NCBI GenBank assembly: GCA_043819795.1
Contig: JBDREN010000024.1
Span: 1 to 18,376, forward strand
Length of the DNA: 18,376 bases
Direction: 5' to 3'
Source: Elusimicrobiota bacterium
Lineage (GTDB): Bacteria > Elusimicrobiota > Elusimicrobia > UBA1565
The position numbers and the translations under genes were made by a program. Positions 15,578 through 18,376 of this stretch are shown here, piece after piece; position 1 is the first letter of the stretch, and each line of letters opens with the position of its first letter. The notes under the pieces were generated by a model. It searched no databases. It was not told the origin of the DNA and saw nothing but the letters and a program-made list of their open reading frames with translations.

Positions 15578-17856
15578 TGCGGCTGCTGGCACGCCTTCGG
15601 GAGCTCGGCAGATCCTTCCTGGACTTCCGCCACCTGGTGACGGGAAGCTCGGTGATCTTCTTCCTCATCGTAGGATCGGCGGTCATCCTGATCTACCAGA
15701 ACGCCGGCGTCATGCGACGCCAGATCAATTCCGATTTCAACCAGCAGCAGCTCTCCCTCGCCAAGCAAGCCGTCTATCAGATCGAGGCCAACCTGCGGGA
15801 CATCGAGCTCGAGCTGATGAGCCTCAAGGGGTACCTGGAAGCCGACATCGGGGAGGTCGCGATCGCCAAGGCCATGAGGGCGGCGCTGGCGCGCAACAGG
15901 GACCAGGGCCTCAGGGAGGTGGGGGTCATGGACCGGCGGGGCCGCGCGGTCGAGGCCCTCTACGCGGGACGGCGCCGCCCCGAGGCGCGCCCGCCCGCAT
16001 GCGAGAAGATCGCCGAGGACCGGATGGTCCTCGGCCCCCTGCTCGCCGAGGAAAAGGACCCGGACCGGTCCCGGGTGACCAGCGTGGTCTGCATGCGTAT
16101 CGCCAGCGGCGGAGCGCGGGGCGGGCTGATCTTCGCCAAGATCGACGTCTCGGGCCTGGCGGGGGGCGTGACCAGGCATATCCGGTCGGGAAGGACCGGC
16201 TACGCGTGGGTCATCGACGAGAAGGGGATATTCCTCTTCCATCCCGAGGAAAGCTTCATCGGCAGGAGCGCCTTGGAGGCCCGCAAGCAGAGAAAGCCCT
16301 ATATCAGCTTCGCCCAGATCAACGCCATCATGAAGGACCGCATGCTCCGGGGAGAGGAAGGCGCCGGCGAGTACGTCAGCGGCTGGCACCGGGGCATCGA
16401 GGGCGAGATGGCCAAGCTCATCGGCTTCGCCCCGGTCAAAGCGCCGTCCCTTCCCGACGGCCACGCGTGGTCGGTGGCCGTGGTGGCCCCCAAGAGCGAG
16501 GTGGCGGACGCGGTCCACTACGTCTACATCCGGAACACCGCGGCGGGGGCGGCCATCGTCGCGGGGATGTTCGTCTTCGGGCTGCTGGTGATGACCTATC
16601 AGCACCGGATATCCCTCGCCCTCCGGCAGAGGGTGGAGAAGACCGAGGCGGATTTCCACGAGATGGAGCGCATTTACGAGCGCGTGGTGGCGCAGGCCAC
16701 CGACCTCATCTACATCCTGGACCTCGAGATGCGCGTGGTGCTGCTCAATCAGAAGACGATGGACATCCTCGCCAAGCTGGTGGCCGACAAGGCCGGGGGA
16801 CGGGGCGAAGGGGACGCGGCCGATCCCCATCGCAAGGAGTTCTACCTCGGCAGGAGCTTCGCGGAGCTCCTGGAGGCGGGGGACGTCTCGTTCATAAGGA
16901 GCAAGATGGACCAGCTGCTGGCGACCCAGTCCGAAACCTCCTTCGAGCATACCATCGAACTGGACGGGCGCAGGACCCGCCTGAGCACGAAGCTGGTCCC
17001 CATCCGCGACGACCAAAGACGCATCCGCCTCATCCTCGGCATAGGCCGCGACATCACCGAGGAGTTCGAGATGGACCAGCGCATCTACAACACGGAGAAG
17101 CTGGCCTCGATAGGGACGCTGGCCGCCGGGGTGGCCCATGAGATCAACAACCCGCTCGGAGTCATCCTGGGCTTCACCGACCTGCTCCTGGAGAAGACCG
17201 AGAGCGGAACGCCCGAATACGAGGACCTGAAGGTCATCGAGGCCCAGGCCACCAACGCGAAGAAGATCGTGGAGAAGCTGCTCGGCTTCGCGCGCATAAC
17301 TGAAGGGCTGGAGGACATCGTCGATGTCAAGGCCGCGCTGGAGACCGTGGCCAATATCGTCAGCAACACGCTGATGACCAAGAAGATGGGCCTGGACCTC
17401 GATGTCCCCGACAAGCTGCCGAAGGTGCGCGGGGACAGCCGCGAATTCCAGCAGGTGATCTTCAACCTGATCAACAACGCGATCGCGGCCATGGATAAGG
17501 AGGGCGGCCGCATCGAGCTGAAGGCCCGGGTCAGGGGGGGCTGGGTGCATGTGGACGTCAAGGACTCGGGGGCGGGCATCCCGGAAAGCGTCAAGCCCCG
17601 CATCTTCGATCCCTTCTTCACGACGAAGAAGGTGGGCGAGGGTACCGGCCTGGGACTATCCCTCTGCTATGGAATTGTGAGAAAATACGGGGGCAGGATC
17701 ACGTTCACGAGCGTGGCCGAGGGCGAGGACCCGGGCGAGAAGAGCGGGACGACCTTTACGGTCTCATTGCCCGCGCGAGGGGAGGGCGGGAATAGCCCCG
17801 GCGGGCCGGGAGGGGAGGAGGAACGGCATGGCACAGAGCATCCTAGCGCTGGATGA
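15574..17856 (+). CDS. Membrane sensor histidine kinase (TM-Cache-TM-PAS-HisKA-HATPase), about 760 aa
   Basis: ATGA overlap with the upstream stop. Cache motif SGRTGYAWVIDEKGIFLFHP, PAS DLIYILDLEMRVVLLN...GIGRDITE, H-box AHEINNPL, QQVIFNLINNA, DSGAGI, IFDPFFTTK and GTGLGLS. Confidence 0.92.
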   Translation: MMRLLARLRELGRSFLDFRHLVTGSSVIFFLIVGSAVILIYQNAGVMRRQINSDFNQQQLSLAKQAVYQIEANLRDIELELMSLKGYLEADIGEVAIAKAMRAALARNRDQGLREVGVMDRRGRAVEALYAGRRRPEARPPACEKIAEDRMVLGPLLAEEKDPDRSRVTSVVCMRIASGGARGGLIFAKIDVSGLAGGVTRHIRSGRTGYAWVIDEKGIFLFHPEESFIGRSALEARKQRKPYISFAQINAIMKDRMLRGEEGAGEYVSGWHRGIEGEMAKLIGFAPVKAPSLPDGHAWSVAVVAPKSEVADAVHYVYIRNTAAGAAIVAGMFVFGLLVMTYQHRISLALRQRVEKTEADFHEMERIYERVVAQATDLIYILDLEMRVVLLNQKTMDILAKLVADKAGGRGEGDAADPHRKEFYLGRSFAELLEAGDVSFIRSKMDQLLATQSETSFEHTIELDGRRTRLSTKLVPIRDDQRRIRLILGIGRDITEEFEMDQRIYNTEKLASIGTLAAGVAHEINNPLGVILGFTDLLLEKTESGTPEYEDLKVIEAQATNAKKIVEKLLGFARITEGLEDIVDVKAALETVANIVSNTLMTKKMGLDLDVPDKLPKVRGDSREFQQVIFNLINNAIAAMDKEGGRIELKARVRGGWVHVDVKDSGAGIPESVKPRIFDPFFTTKKVGEGTGLGLSLCYGIVRKYGGRITFTSVAEGEDPGEKSGTTFTVSLPARGEGGNSPGGPGGEEERHGTEHPSAG

Positions 17857-18376
17857 CGAGCCCCACATGCTCAGGCTGCTGGAGCGGATCATAACCGAGA
17901 AGACCCCCTACCGGATATCCACCACGGACAATCCCCTCGAGCTGCCCGGCCTGCTGGAGAAGGACACATACGATCTCGTCATCACGGACCTGAAGATGCC
18001 CGGCATGGACGGGCTGGACGTCCTGCGCCTCCTGAAGGAGAAGAACCGCCCGGAAGAGGTCATCATCATCACGGCCTTCGGCTCCATGGAGACGGCCATA
18101 GAGGCGCTCTCTCTGGGCGTATTCGACTACCTCACGAAGCCGTTCAAGAAAGAGCAGATCATCTTCACCGTGGACCGGGCCATGCGCTGGCAGCGGCTCA
18201 AGCGGTCGGAGGCCGAGCTCTCCGCCATCTTCGACAAGGAGCCTTTCGAGGAGGCGCGCGCGAGCTTCCAGCGGGAATATCTCCGGCGCCTCTCCCGGCG
18301 GGCGGGGACGGACGTCGAGGTCCTGAGCGGGCGCTGCGGCCTGCCGGCCGACATTATCGCCGACGCGTTGAGCTAG
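17828..18376 (+). CDS. Response regulator: receiver plus short Fis/NtrC-tail-like helical C-terminus, 182 aa
   Basis: Motifs ILALDDE, ITDLKMPG, IIITAFG and LTKPF. Tail FEEARASFQREYLRRLSRRAG. Overlaps the kinase by 29 nt; the TAG stop is the last codon of the window. Confidence 0.9.
   Translation: MAQSILALDDEPHMLRLLERIITEKTPYRISTTDNPLELPGLLEKDTYDLVITDLKMPGMDGLDVLRLLKEKNRPEEVIIITAFGSMETAIEALSLGVFDYLTKPFKKEQIIFTVDRAMRWQRLKRSEAELSAIFDKEPFEEARASFQREYLRRLSRRAGTDVEVLSGRCGLPADIIADALS

Overview
High-GC bacterial window with two parts. (1) 48-2151 is a complete ~2.1 kb insertion sequence with IS1380-like ends: 23-bp terminal inverted repeats (22/23 identical) and a CTAG target duplication. It sits exactly on the TAG stop codon of a parvulin (ppiC) gene, and its DDE transposase has an apparent 1-nt frameshift near the C-terminus. 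(2) 2544-18376 is a divergently transcribed, largely translationally coupled signalling/transport locus built from paralogue pairs. It encodes two PEP-synthase-like proteins (ATP-grasp plus phospho-His swivel, with an unassigned C-terminal domain instead of the pyruvate-binding barrel) and two membrane histidine kinases. It also encodes two stand-alone receivers, a receiver-HTH protein lacking an AAA+ domain, two cytidylate-kinase-like/BON proteins with a lysine-less P-loop, two TauE/SafE (TSUP) transporters and a TIGR02186-like membrane protein. A perfect 27-bp inverted-repeat (REPIN/MITE-like) element lies between the locus and ppiC. All calls come from reading motifs by eye; no database searches were run.
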